A stretch of 64,000 bases of DNA from Bacteroidales bacterium. GTDB lineage: Bacteria > Bacteroidota > Bacteroidia > Bacteroidales > WCHB1-69. The translations under genes and the position numbers were made by a program. Numbering within the stretch: position 1 is the stretch's first letter; each line of letters begins with the position of its first letter. The notes under the pieces are model-generated. The model was not told the DNA's origin. It made no database searches and saw only the letters and a program-made list of their open reading frames with translations. Below are positions 1 to 9,297 of the stretch, piece after piece. The DNA lies in the NCBI GenBank assembly GCA_016285085.1, contig JAEEQA010000004.1, positions 13,836-77,835 of the forward strand. The letters run 5' to 3'.

Positions 1-327
1 CTCAAACGATTGACACCAGAAGGACACGAAGTGCTGGATGAGCAAATTGCCAACGAAGTGCAGGAGAATGCGCGGCGTGGTCCGTTCCGTTTCTCACAAT
101 GTGGCATAAAAGCAGGGGAAATGGTACAGTTTGTGGAGAATGCGACGATCCAAGCGAAAGTAATTGACGACAGGCATATCGAATATGATGGGCAAACGAC
201 ATCTCTGTCTGCGCTTGCTCAACAGATTAAGGGCTTTGACCATCCCGTACAGGGCACGCTGTGGTTTACTTATAAAGGCGTAAAACTTAATGACCTGCGA
301 TTGCAGTTGGAACAAAATAAACGGTGA
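1..327 (+). CDS. C-terminal fragment of a larger protein whose 5' end lies outside the window. Function is unassigned, possibly a restriction/defence-associated C-terminal module.
   Basis: The frame is open from base 1 (the ORF track starts it at a TTG at 10) and stops at 325-327. The tail '...FRFSQCGIKAGEMVQF...TTSLSALAQQIKG...GTLWFTYKGVKLNDL' resembles, from memory only, small C-terminal modules fused to R-M/GIY-YIG-type proteins. This is unverified. Confidence 0.35.
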   Translation, partial: LKRLTPEGHEVLDEQIANEVQENARRGPFRFSQCGIKAGEMVQFVENATIQAKVIDDRHIEYDGQTTSLSALAQQIKGFDHPVQGTLWFTYKGVKLNDLRLQLEQNKR

Positions 328-352
328 TTTTTTATTTGTATCTTGAATTAAA

Positions 353-922
353 ATGGCGAAAAAATCACAAAAAATATCAACCCCATTGGATGGAATAACA
401 GATGGCCATGCTTTTCAGCGCATTGTTGCTGAGTATTTCCGCTGTCTAAAAAAAGAAAACAATGGTTATTCCATATCAGATATTCATGTTGAAGATAGTG
501 GTATTGGTCCAGATGACTGTTGTGACATTTTGGTAGAATTCTTTTATGAAGATGTTATAGATAGTCACTCCAACAGGTGGGTGGTTGAATGCAAATGCCA
601 TAATAAAAATATTGGAGAACGAGATATAGATGGAAAAAACATTGAAATGATTTTGAAACAACATAACGCGATTGGATATTTACTTGTTTGTAAGCAAGAT
701 GCTTCATCTTCTTTAAAACGGAGGCTGAGTGGTTTAAACAAAAATGGGACAAATCGTTATGTGGTTTGGAATGGTCATCAGTTTTGGCATAAATGTGTAG
801 AATTCAAATCTTTACTAAAAGCATTTTTCCCATCTTATTACAACAAATACTTTATCCAAAATAATGATGAGCAAAGATTCAATCAGATTACGAGTGAATT
901 TGAAGAAAGGAGAAATAAATAA
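353..922 (+). CDS. PD-(D/E)xK (Mrr-like restriction endonuclease fold) nuclease-domain protein
   Basis: 189-aa ORF in a low-GC islet. The layout 'GHAFQRIVAEYF...GPDDCCDILVEF...RWVVECKCH...IGERDI' fits a D(58)...E(79)-x-K(81) nuclease core of Mrr_cat type. Its stop overlaps the next gene's ATG (TAATG). Confidence 0.55.
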   Translation: MAKKSQKISTPLDGITDGHAFQRIVAEYFRCLKKENNGYSISDIHVEDSGIGPDDCCDILVEFFYEDVIDSHSNRWVVECKCHNKNIGERDIDGKNIEMILKQHNAIGYLLVCKQDASSSLKRRLSGLNKNGTNRYVVWNGHQFWHKCVEFKSLLKAFFPSYYNKYFIQNNDEQRFNQITSEFEERRNK

Positions 923-1395
923 TGAAAAGAGCATTTGTTTCATATTCTATAGAAGATCGCAATTTACATCTGATAACCTTATTGTTAGAACACCTGCGAA
1001 GGAACAATTATGAGGTGTCTGTTTCAACACAATGGGGTGATTCGGATTTGAGAATTGCTAATGCTGATATTTTTATTGGAATAATTACCAACAACAGTGA
1101 TAGCATCGATTATGTAATAAAAGAATGGAAAACAGCACAAAGAAATTGTGTCCCGTATGTGCTTGTGGTTGAAAACGGCGTTAAAGTTGAAGATCCGGAA
1201 AGTCTATCATTTATCAGGTTTAATCGTTCCAATCCACAGGACGCCATAGATAGATTGTTCAAAATAAATAAGCCAGTTGCTAGTACCCATAAAAAGAAAA
1301 AAGATAATAATGACACTTTATCCGATGCCTTAATCGGAGTAGCTGTAGTTGCTGGTATCGCCGCTTTAATCAGTTTGTTAAGCAAAAACGAATAG
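922..1395 (+). CDS. Small TIR-like (TIR_2/DUF1863-like) domain protein with a C-terminal transmembrane anchor
   Basis: 157 aa. The N-terminus 'RAFVSYSIEDRN' and the motif 'S-I-D-Y-V-I-K-E(68)-W' match the bacterial TIR pattern FxSYxxxD ... SxxW/YVxxE. A Lys-rich linker is followed by the hydrophobic helix 'ALIGVAVVAGIAALISLL' at the extreme C-terminus. Low GC. Confidence 0.5.
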   Translation: MKRAFVSYSIEDRNLHLITLLLEHLRRNNYEVSVSTQWGDSDLRIANADIFIGIITNNSDSIDYVIKEWKTAQRNCVPYVLVVENGVKVEDPESLSFIRFNRSNPQDAIDRLFKINKPVASTHKKKKDNNDTLSDALIGVAVVAGIAALISLLSKNE

Positions 1396-1418
1396 TGAAT
1401 TACATCTTCATCAGCCCT

Positions 1419-1931
1419 ATGCCTCCCCTCCTCCCTATCCGCCCCGCAAGACTGCCGCAAGATGCTGAGAGAATCCTTGAGGTTTTCGAAGCCGCCAAGG
1501 GTATCATGGTGGCCGACGGCAATACGAAGCAATGGGTCAACGGTTACCCGTCGCTGGAGGCGGTGCAGGCAGACGTGGAGCGAGACGGCGCCTTCGTGAT
1601 GGAAGACAACGGCCGCATCGTGGCCTACTTCGCCTTCCTGCCCTCGCCCGAGCCCACCTACGGCACCATCTACCACGGGCAGTGGATCGACGACAGCCAG
1701 CCCTACCACGTCATCCACCGCATTGCCAGCTTTCCGGAAACGCACGGCATCTTCCACACTATCCTAGAGTTTGCCTTCGCCCGCGACCGCAACATCCGCA
1801 TCGACACCCACCGCGACAACCGCATCATGCAGCATAACATCCTTAAACACGGCTTCTCCTACTGCGGCATCATCCTCCTCGCCAACGGCGACGAACGGCT
1901 GGCGTTTCAGAAATTGAAAACTGAAAATTGA
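1419..1931 (+). CDS. GNAT-family N-acetyltransferase
   Basis: The ORF track gives 1395..1931; an ATG at 1419 (MPPLLPIRPA...) is the more plausible start. The layout is GNAT-like ('VMEDNGRIVAYFAF...', 'HRIAS...GIFHTILEFAF...IRIDTHRDNRIMQHNILKHGF'). GC jumps sharply to the genome-like level at about 1400. Confidence 0.7.
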   Translation: MPPLLPIRPARLPQDAERILEVFEAAKGIMVADGNTKQWVNGYPSLEAVQADVERDGAFVMEDNGRIVAYFAFLPSPEPTYGTIYHGQWIDDSQPYHVIHRIASFPETHGIFHTILEFAFARDRNIRIDTHRDNRIMQHNILKHGFSYCGIILLANGDERLAFQKLKTEN

Positions 1932-1938
1932 GAATTTA
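1911..1938 (+). repeat. Heptamer tract AAATTGA-AAACTGA-AAATTGA-GAATTTA spanning the GNAT stop codon
   Basis: Four 7-bp units. The TGA triplets at 1915, 1922 and 1929 fall in three different frames, and the third is the gene's stop. The ATG of the next gene follows at 1938. Confidence 0.8.
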
Positions 1939-2753
1939 TGAGAAAGTGTTTTATCACAATATTGTTTGTTGCCGCTGGACTGCTTGCCGCCGGGCAGAGC
2001 GCACAGCAGGCAGCATTATTGCGTACCGCCTTCCATGAGCAATCCGACGAAAAGCTGCTTGAGTTTTTCGACAACTGGGCGGACGAGGTGAAATCCAATG
2101 AACAAGAGGCCGCCAACCCGTATGTGGCGGAGGCACACAAGGTTTTCGCTGCCGTGTACCAACCGCTGCAAACAGGAAATTTGGGCTTCCCTGGTTTTTC
2201 AGAAACTTACCGCGACGTGCCCTATTTCATTGTTCAAGGATCCCTTTGGAAGATTTCGCAAACGAAAAAAATCCCCAAAAAAGGTTTCCCCTACGAAACC
2301 ACTCTCCCCACCACCACGCTTGACTCTGCGGTGGAATTTCGCCCGCCCGTAAATTTTGAAAACAAGAAAATCGTCTATCTTACAACTGATTACAGCAAAC
2401 TTCTGGACTTCTATATCAATGAAAGAAGTGCAGATTTCGACTTCTATTCTAAAGCGCAATCCGATTCCACACAAGATTTTGATGAATATTTTAGTTTAAT
2501 TTGGGAACAAGAGTCGGTTTTAACAGAGATGCTCGTCAACTTCCTGAAGAAGGCGGCACTGATTGACCGTCCCCACTTCGACAGTCCATGGCTGTATGAA
2601 ACTTACCCCACGGTGGAGAGCATTGTCTTTAACCAAAAAATGAACCGCGCCGTGGTAATGTTCGGCTTCGGCAACATAGGAGGCGAGGCGCTTTTAAAGA
2701 AGCGCAGCGGAAAATGGTTTATTGTGGCCGCACAGCCGACTTGGATATCGTAA
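1938..2753 (+). CDS. Hypothetical secreted protein
   Basis: 271-aa ORF with an N-terminal signal-like segment 'MRKCFITILFVAAGLLAAGQSAQQ'. No family recognised. Confidence 0.55.
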   Translation: MRKCFITILFVAAGLLAAGQSAQQAALLRTAFHEQSDEKLLEFFDNWADEVKSNEQEAANPYVAEAHKVFAAVYQPLQTGNLGFPGFSETYRDVPYFIVQGSLWKISQTKKIPKKGFPYETTLPTTTLDSAVEFRPPVNFENKKIVYLTTDYSKLLDFYINERSADFDFYSKAQSDSTQDFDEYFSLIWEQESVLTEMLVNFLKKAALIDRPHFDSPWLYETYPTVESIVFNQKMNRAVVMFGFGNIGGEALLKKRSGKWFIVAAQPTWIS

Positions 2754-2803
2754 CGGCATCTGGATGACGCTTTCCCCCCGTTTCGCTATTGACAAAAAAA
2801 TCG

Positions 2804-2811
2804 TACTTTTG
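2804..2811 (+). promoter_or_regulatory. Putative Bacteroidota -7 promoter box TACTTTTG
   Basis: Matches TAnnTTTG, 24 bp upstream of the ATG at 2836. Confidence 0.45.
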
Positions 2812-2835
2812 CCGCCGCTTTTTCAAAATGCACCG

Positions 2836-3270
2836 ATGAACCATATCCCCTTTATACTCAAGACCCTGCTGTGCCTGCTTCTGTTGGCTTGCACCGTCAG
2901 TTGCTTTGCGCAAAAGGCGGACGACATCGTGGGCTACTACTACAGCGTGGACCCGTTCTCGAAAGAGGGTTCGCAGAACTACATCTACAAAGCCGCTGAC
3001 GGCACCTACGAAGGGAAAGTGACATGGGTAAGCAACCCCGAAAAGAAGAAATTTTTGGAATACGTCTTTTTGAAAGGGTTGAAGTACAATGCCGAGAAAA
3101 AAGAGTGGCAGGACGGCGTGCTCACCTACCCGGGAAAGAAGGGAACCTACAAAACCTATATGAGTTTCGAGCCCGACGGCCGGCTCAAGGTACGCGGCTA
3201 CTGGGGCTTTTCCATGCTTGGGAAAACCGTCTATTGGCCAAGAGAAAAAGCGAAAAGAAAACAAGATTAA
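2836..3270 (+). CDS. DUF2147-like secreted protein
   Basis: The ORF track gives 2722..3270. An internal ATG at 2836 yields the signal peptide 'MNHIPFILKTLLCLLLLACTVSCFAQ', followed by 'DDIVGYYY...G.YEGKV.W...' and 'LKVRGYWGFS.LGKT.YW', typical of DUF2147 as I recall it. Confidence 0.6.
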   Translation: MNHIPFILKTLLCLLLLACTVSCFAQKADDIVGYYYSVDPFSKEGSQNYIYKAADGTYEGKVTWVSNPEKKKFLEYVFLKGLKYNAEKKEWQDGVLTYPGKKGTYKTYMSFEPDGRLKVRGYWGFSMLGKTVYWPREKAKRKQD

Positions 3271-3290
3271 TAATATAACTATTTAATACA

Positions 3291-4577
<1,287 letters not shown>

Positions 4578-4584
4578 AATCACC

Positions 4585-4614
4585 TGTAGAGACGCGATTC
4601 ATCGCGTCTCTACA
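4585..4614. repeat. Palindromic element copy 1 (TGTAGAGACG-CGATTCATCG-CGTCTCTACA); likely tyrS terminator hairpin
   Basis: Inverted arms GTAGAGACG/CGTCTCTAC with a self-complementary centre (CGAT..ATCG). Starts 8 bp after the tyrS stop. Confidence 0.85.
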
Positions 4615-4651
4615 AACGAAAGATGGTCGGCGGAATGATAGGACGGTGAAA

Positions 4652-5563
4652 TTATTCCTGCGCCAGCGCAAGAACCTCTTCCTCGGTGAGGCCGGAAATT
4701 TCCGAAATCATGGCTGGGGCAAGATCTTTGGCGAGCATGTTCCGGACAAGGAGGCGGCGTGCCTCTTCAATACCTTCCGCTCTGCCTTCCTCTCTCCCTT
4801 CATCATGTGCCAGCCTGCGGTTGTACTCGATCGCGTCTTTCACATCGTCGTACTCCAAAATGCTTTTTTCATACTCTTCTTTTTCCATGTCGCTCAGTTT
4901 TGACAGTTTGCACTCATCGTACAACTCCCGGAATGTGGTGTCCGCAACGGGGATGTCTCTATCCGACATCCGCCACATGTTCTTGATTGCGTAGCACCAT
5001 TTCTCTCTTGCGCCGGGGAGCTGCCCGAAATCCGTTTGGGCGGCAAATTTAGTCAAATCTATCAGAACAAACGCCACTTTTTCAGAAAATTTTTGGTTTT
5101 CGTCGTCCCGCAATGTCACCCGCTGCATGAACCGGTCACTGCCCTTCAGGTCCGGCAGTTCGAAATCGACAAGGATGATGGAGATGACTTTCGGGAAGTT
5201 GTACTTTCGGTCGCCCTTTTTCAGCGAGTTGCTGATGCTGCGCGCCGAGTACGCGATGACCCTGTCACGGATGAATTCCTGACTTGCCTTCTGCATCTCC
5301 ACGATGATCCTGTCGTCCTTTTTTGTGCTGCAGAACACGTTGTAGATCAGCCGTTTTTCCTTCTCCAAGAGCCCGAGCTGTTCCGTCGGTTTGTAGTCTA
5401 TATCCTTGATAGTGCCTATATATTCCTTCAGAAATGCGTTCAGGAACCGGATGAGGTTATTCTTATGTTCCTCCGTACCGAAAATACGCTTGAAACCGAA
5501 GTCGGTTAACAGGTTGATGGTTGCGCTCTCGATGCGGGCACTTTCGATTTTTTCATCTTCCAT
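4652..5563 (-). CDS. Rpn/YhgA-like PD-(D/E)XK nuclease family protein ('putative transposase', PDDEXK_2-like)
   Basis: The ORF track gives 4652..5605; the ATG at 5563 (MEDEKIES...) lies downstream of a -7 box. Shows 'TDFGFKRIFG', the 'IVEMQK' nuclease core, and a C-terminal 'EGREEGRAEG' helix. Paralogous to 33966..34871. Confidence 0.75.
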   Translation of the reverse strand: MEDEKIESARIESATINLLTDFGFKRIFGTEEHKNNLIRFLNAFLKEYIGTIKDIDYKPTEQLGLLEKEKRLIYNVFCSTKKDDRIIVEMQKASQEFIRDRVIAYSARSISNSLKKGDRKYNFPKVISIILVDFELPDLKGSDRFMQRVTLRDDENQKFSEKVAFVLIDLTKFAAQTDFGQLPGAREKWCYAIKNMWRMSDRDIPVADTTFRELYDECKLSKLSDMEKEEYEKSILEYDDVKDAIEYNRRLAHDEGREEGRAEGIEEARRLLVRNMLAKDLAPAMISEISGLTEEEVLALAQE

Positions 5564-5602
5564 GATATGATTTTTTGAGTGAATTAAAACAGAAACTGTC
5601 CG

Positions 5603-5610
5603 CAAAGATA
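5603..5610 (-). promoter_or_regulatory. Putative -7 box TATCTTTG (minus strand)
   Basis: TAnnTTTG match 40 bp upstream of the start at 5563. The identical octamer precedes the paralog at 33966. Confidence 0.45.
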
Positions 5611-5814
5611 CGGCGCTTGAAATGCATTTTCAAGTGCCGTTTTCTGCTATTTTTCTGAAAAACAAGGAATTAAAAAGATGCGGATTCCCGGCAGAAAGTG
5701 ACAAGGTTTGGGTCGAGAACCTGCAAATTTGTCAGAAAACAGGTTTTTGAAGGTGGTGCCGGGACGAAGTGTGAATTTCGGAAAATTTCGGAGAATGACA
5801 TGAAATCATGTACC

Positions 5815-5844
5815 TGTAGAGACGCGGTGCACCACGTCTCTACA
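5815..5844. repeat. Palindromic element copy 2 (centre CGGTGCACCA)
   Basis: Same arms. The inner GGTGCACC is a perfect palindrome, with one C.A mismatch next to the arms. Lies downstream of the minus-strand gene that ends at 5926. Confidence 0.85.
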
Positions 5845-5874
5845 ACAAAACGATATAAATTATATGTAACCTTT

Positions 5875-5905
5875 TGTAGAGACGCCATATTATGACGTCT
5901 CTACA
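5875..5905. repeat. Palindromic element copy 3 (centre CCATATTATGA)
   Basis: Same arms, with a near-self-complementary 11-nt centre. It is 30 bp from copy 2 and 21 bp downstream of the stop at 5926. Confidence 0.85.
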
Positions 5906-5925
5906 TTATTTATAATCCTGTCACA

Positions 5926-7083
5926 TTATTCCCGGAACAATTTCGAATGCACCGGGAAGACATCGGCCAATTCACCGGAATAGAAGAAATCGTTGCCGAG
6001 GACACCGAAGGTGTAGGTGATGCCGTTGACCGACACGTGCGAGCCGCCGCAGCGAGGTTCCGCGCTGGGTTTGGAGGCGGCGAAACCGAGGTTGAAAAGG
6101 GTACACAGGATGTCGGGGCGGTCGGCGATGCTGTAGCCGGCACGTTCCCACTGCAACATCGTCTGGTGCAGGATACACCCTGTATAGATGTACGAATAGA
6201 GATGGTTGCGATAATCCACCAAGCGGTTGAAACGAGCCAGCTCGATGTCTTCCACTTCGGTGGTGTCGTAATCCAGAATGTTTTCGTACTCCTTGCCCAT
6301 GTAGAAGACGGAGGTGGAGTCCTTCAGGTTGCGTTCGACCTTGGCGGCGGTGAAGTCCTTGATGCCGTTGACTCCGAAGGAGAAGGTGGATTGCACGCTC
6401 ATGACGGCGGGACCAAGGTAGCGTTTCACATCCTCCCGCTTGGAATTGAAGAGGCGGATCTGTTCGCCGACGGTGCAGGCCACGATGAGGCGCGGGTCCA
6501 CGCCGGTGAGTTCGGCTGCCTGCTTGATGGCCTTCTCGTCGCGGAGGATGGCCCGTTTCAGCACTAGCCAGCCGGAGTCGTTCATCCACGGGATGAGGTT
6601 GTCGGGCGTGAGCGACTGCGGGTGCTTGCGGTAGGCCGCCATCACATCGTCGAGAATCAGGCGGTACTGCTGCCCGATGGAGTCATCCTTAAGGTACATG
6701 TTGGCAGCATAGACCATGCGGTTCACGCACTGCGGGTCGTCGCTGTGACGGCTGGCCTCGTAAATCAGGTGCGCGTTCAACGGATACGATTTGCTGAGCA
6801 CGGCGAGGTTGAGGTAGTTCTCCATCCTTTCGGCAAAGAAAGCGGATGAATCCAGCACCGTTTCCCGCTGCTGGTAATCAGCCAGATAGCGGTTGTTCTT
6901 GTCGATGCCGCCGGCGTTGTTGGTGATGCCGACTTTATAGAGGCCCCACGCCGCCACCATCGCCAAACCGACACAAGCGAACAGATGGATGAAAATCTGG
7001 TAGATTTTCGACCGCGTTTTCAGCAAACGCCACGCCTTGAAAAGCGACTTTTTCTCTGATTTTCCTAAGGATTCCGTATTCAT
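5926..7083 (-). CDS. Hypothetical membrane-anchored protein
   Basis: The ORF track gives 5926..7119. The ATG at 7083 (MNTESLG...) is preceded by a -7 box. One N-terminal TM segment ('IFIHLFACVGLAMVAAWGLY'). No family recognised. Confidence 0.55.
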   Translation of the reverse strand: MNTESLGKSEKKSLFKAWRLLKTRSKIYQIFIHLFACVGLAMVAAWGLYKVGITNNAGGIDKNNRYLADYQQRETVLDSSAFFAERMENYLNLAVLSKSYPLNAHLIYEASRHSDDPQCVNRMVYAANMYLKDDSIGQQYRLILDDVMAAYRKHPQSLTPDNLIPWMNDSGWLVLKRAILRDEKAIKQAAELTGVDPRLIVACTVGEQIRLFNSKREDVKRYLGPAVMSVQSTFSFGVNGIKDFTAAKVERNLKDSTSVFYMGKEYENILDYDTTEVEDIELARFNRLVDYRNHLYSYIYTGCILHQTMLQWERAGYSIADRPDILCTLFNLGFAASKPSAEPRCGGSHVSVNGITYTFGVLGNDFFYSGELADVFPVHSKLFRE

Positions 7084-7105
7084 TTCCCCTTGAAAAAAAA
7101 CGGCG

Positions 7106-7113
7106 CAAACATA
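7106..7113 (-). promoter_or_regulatory. Putative -7 box TATGTTTG (minus strand)
   Basis: TAnnTTTG match 23 bp upstream of the start at 7083. Confidence 0.4.
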
Positions 7114-7172
7114 CAACAAAGTTTGTCAAGTTCATCAAGAATATAAAGTTTATCAAATTTTCAAAATTTGCG

Positions 7173-7180
7173 TACTTTTG
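7173..7180 (+). promoter_or_regulatory. Putative -7 box TACTTTTG
   Basis: TAnnTTTG match 20 bp upstream of the GTG start at 7200. Confidence 0.45.
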
Positions 7181-7199
7181 TCGCCTCAATTTTGAGTCT

Positions 7200-8060
7200 G
7201 TGAAAACAAAAATAATCCTGCTCCTTTTTCCCCTGTTTTCCGCTTTCTCCCTTTTCGGGCAGATGACGGCGGAGGAGATGCTGGCCAAGGGCGACAACTA
7301 TTACGAAGGGAAGAACGGGGTGGCCCGCAACCACGCCATGGCGGTGAAATGGTACCAGCAGGCGGCGGAAAAAGGAAACGCCGAGGCGCAGAACCAGTTG
7401 GGTTACTGCTACTTCCAAGGCGAAGGCATCCAGCAGGATTTTGAGGAAGCCCTGAAGTGGTTCAAGAAAGCGGCGGAGGGCGGCAGCGCCAAGGGACAGA
7501 CCAACCTCGCGGCATGCTACCACAAGGGCGAAACCGTGGAAAAGTCGTACGAGGAGGCTTTCAAATGGTACACCGCCGCGGCCAAGCAGGGGTACGCCAT
7601 GGCGCAGTTCAACCTCGGGCTCTGTTACGAAAACGGCGAGGGCACCGACACCTCCTTCACCGATGCCGTGAAGTGGTACCGCGCCGCCGCCGAACAGGGT
7701 CTTTCCGATGCACAGAACAACCTCGGGATGTGCTACGACAGCGGGCACGGCGTAGCGCAGTCATACACAGAAGCCGTGAAGTGGTACAAGCGTGCCGCCG
7801 ACAAAGGCAACACGATGGCCGAATACAACCTCGGCGTTTGCTACAGCAAGGGGCAGGGGGTGAACCTCTCCTACTCCAACGCCGTGAAATACTTCCGCAA
7901 GGCCGCCGACAAGGGGTTCGCCGATGCACAATACAACCTCGGTGTATGCTACTACCACGGTTACGCCGTCACCAAGTCGGAGCACGAAGCCGCCAAGTGG
8001 TGGAGCCGCGCCGCCAAGCAGGGGCACAAGGGCGCCATCGACGCGCTGATGCAGCTGTAA
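7200..8060 (+). CDS. Sel1-repeat (SLR/TPR-like) secreted protein
   Basis: Signal peptide followed by about seven 36-aa repeats of the form 'A.KWY.KAAEQG.A.AQ.NLG.CY..G.GV'. Confidence 0.85.
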   Translation: MKTKIILLLFPLFSAFSLFGQMTAEEMLAKGDNYYEGKNGVARNHAMAVKWYQQAAEKGNAEAQNQLGYCYFQGEGIQQDFEEALKWFKKAAEGGSAKGQTNLAACYHKGETVEKSYEEAFKWYTAAAKQGYAMAQFNLGLCYENGEGTDTSFTDAVKWYRAAAEQGLSDAQNNLGMCYDSGHGVAQSYTEAVKWYKRAADKGNTMAEYNLGVCYSKGQGVNLSYSNAVKYFRKAADKGFADAQYNLGVCYYHGYAVTKSEHEAAKWWSRAAKQGHKGAIDALMQL

Positions 8061-8089
8061 ATTTTCACTCCTGTTTGCAAAAAAAGATG

Positions 8090-8097
8090 TATTTTTG
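8090..8097 (+). promoter_or_regulatory. Putative -7 box TATTTTTG upstream of the RND operon
   Basis: TAnnTTTG match 73 bp upstream of the ATG at 8170. Confidence 0.35.
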
Positions 8098-8169
8098 CAA
8101 ATTATTTTGTCCTGAATCAGGGTGAATATATACATGTCTGCAAACAACATAAACTATTAATAAACTGAT

Positions 8170-9294
8170 ATGAAAATGCAACCGATGAAATGGGCGTGCC
8201 TGCTCGGCCTCGTGGTTGGGCTGGTATCTTGCGGGGTAGATATCCCCCAAGAAACAAAATCATCGTACGAGACGATGACAGTAGAAAAACAAGACATCAC
8301 GGTGCCTATCAAATTCAGTGCCAAGCTGAAGGGACAGGCGGATGTGAATATCTCGCCGCAGGTAAGCGGACAGTTGATGAAAATCTGCGTGAGTGAAGGT
8401 CAGCAGGTGAAGAAAGGCGCGACACTGTTCGTCATCGACTCGCGCAATGCACAGCTGGAGCTTGAGGCGGCACAGGCGAACCTATTGGCTGCCGAGGCTT
8501 CGGCAAACAGCGCGAAACTGGAGTACGAATCAAACAAGAACCTGTTTGAAAAGAAAATCGTAAGCCGTTACATGCTGGACAATTCGGAGAACTCGTACAA
8601 GCAGGCGCAAGCCGCCGTGAGCCAGGCGCAGGCCGCCGTAAGCCGCGCCCAAGTGAACCTCGGTTTCTGCACCATCACCTCCCCCGTGGACGGCATCATC
8701 GGCGAGATTCCCGTTTCCGAAGGACTTCAAGTGAATCCCGGCACCCATCTTACCATCGTCAGCGGCAACACCTTGATGGATGCCGAATTCTCAATTCCCG
8801 AGTCGATATTGGAGATGGCCTTTGCCGCAGGTTACGAGGGAACAATGGAAGATGCTTTGAAGTTATACCCCGATGTGACATTTGTGATGAAGAACGGCAC
8901 GGAATACACGCACAAAGGGCGCATTGCCAGCGCCACCGGTGTGGTGAACGCCGCCACCGGTACCATCGCCTGCAAAGCCACCTTCCCCAACCCCGAGGGT
9001 CTGCTCTATAGCGGCATCCAGGGCACCATCATCCTGCCCGACGACAATAAGGACGTGATGGTGATTCCGCAGATCGCTGTAGTGCGTTTACAAGACAAGT
9101 CATTGGTTTACAAAGTAAAAGAAGACAGTACCGCCTCCGCCGTCGCAGTAACGACAGTGGATGTCGGCAACGGAAAAGACTTCATCGTGACCAGCGGGCT
9201 GAACGTCGGCGACAAGATTGTGACCGTTGGGGCAAACAACGTGCAGGATGGCGAAAAAGTGCTGTTCCCAGCGACAACGCAAAACAAGAAATAA
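8170..9294 (+). CDS. Efflux RND transporter periplasmic adaptor (membrane fusion protein)
   Basis: Lipoprotein-like N-terminus ('LVSC'). Contains a biotinyl-lipoyl-like segment 'VSGQLMKICVSEGQQVKKGATLFVID', a coiled-coil hairpin and beta-barrel segments. It is the first gene of the MFP-RND-OMF order. Confidence 0.88.
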   Translation: MKMQPMKWACLLGLVVGLVSCGVDIPQETKSSYETMTVEKQDITVPIKFSAKLKGQADVNISPQVSGQLMKICVSEGQQVKKGATLFVIDSRNAQLELEAAQANLLAAEASANSAKLEYESNKNLFEKKIVSRYMLDNSENSYKQAQAAVSQAQAAVSRAQVNLGFCTITSPVDGIIGEIPVSEGLQVNPGTHLTIVSGNTLMDAEFSIPESILEMAFAAGYEGTMEDALKLYPDVTFVMKNGTEYTHKGRIASATGVVNAATGTIACKATFPNPEGLLYSGIQGTIILPDDNKDVMVIPQIAVVRLQDKSLVYKVKEDSTASAVAVTTVDVGNGKDFIVTSGLNVGDKIVTVGANNVQDGEKVLFPATTQNKK

Positions 9295-9297
9295 GCC

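Noticed and set aside
8074-8101. The AT-rich inverted repeat TTTGCAAAAA-N8-TTTTTGCAAA after the Sel1 gene as a terminator.
   Set aside because: The stem is almost entirely A/T and overlaps the candidate -7 box for the RND operon. It is too weak to call.
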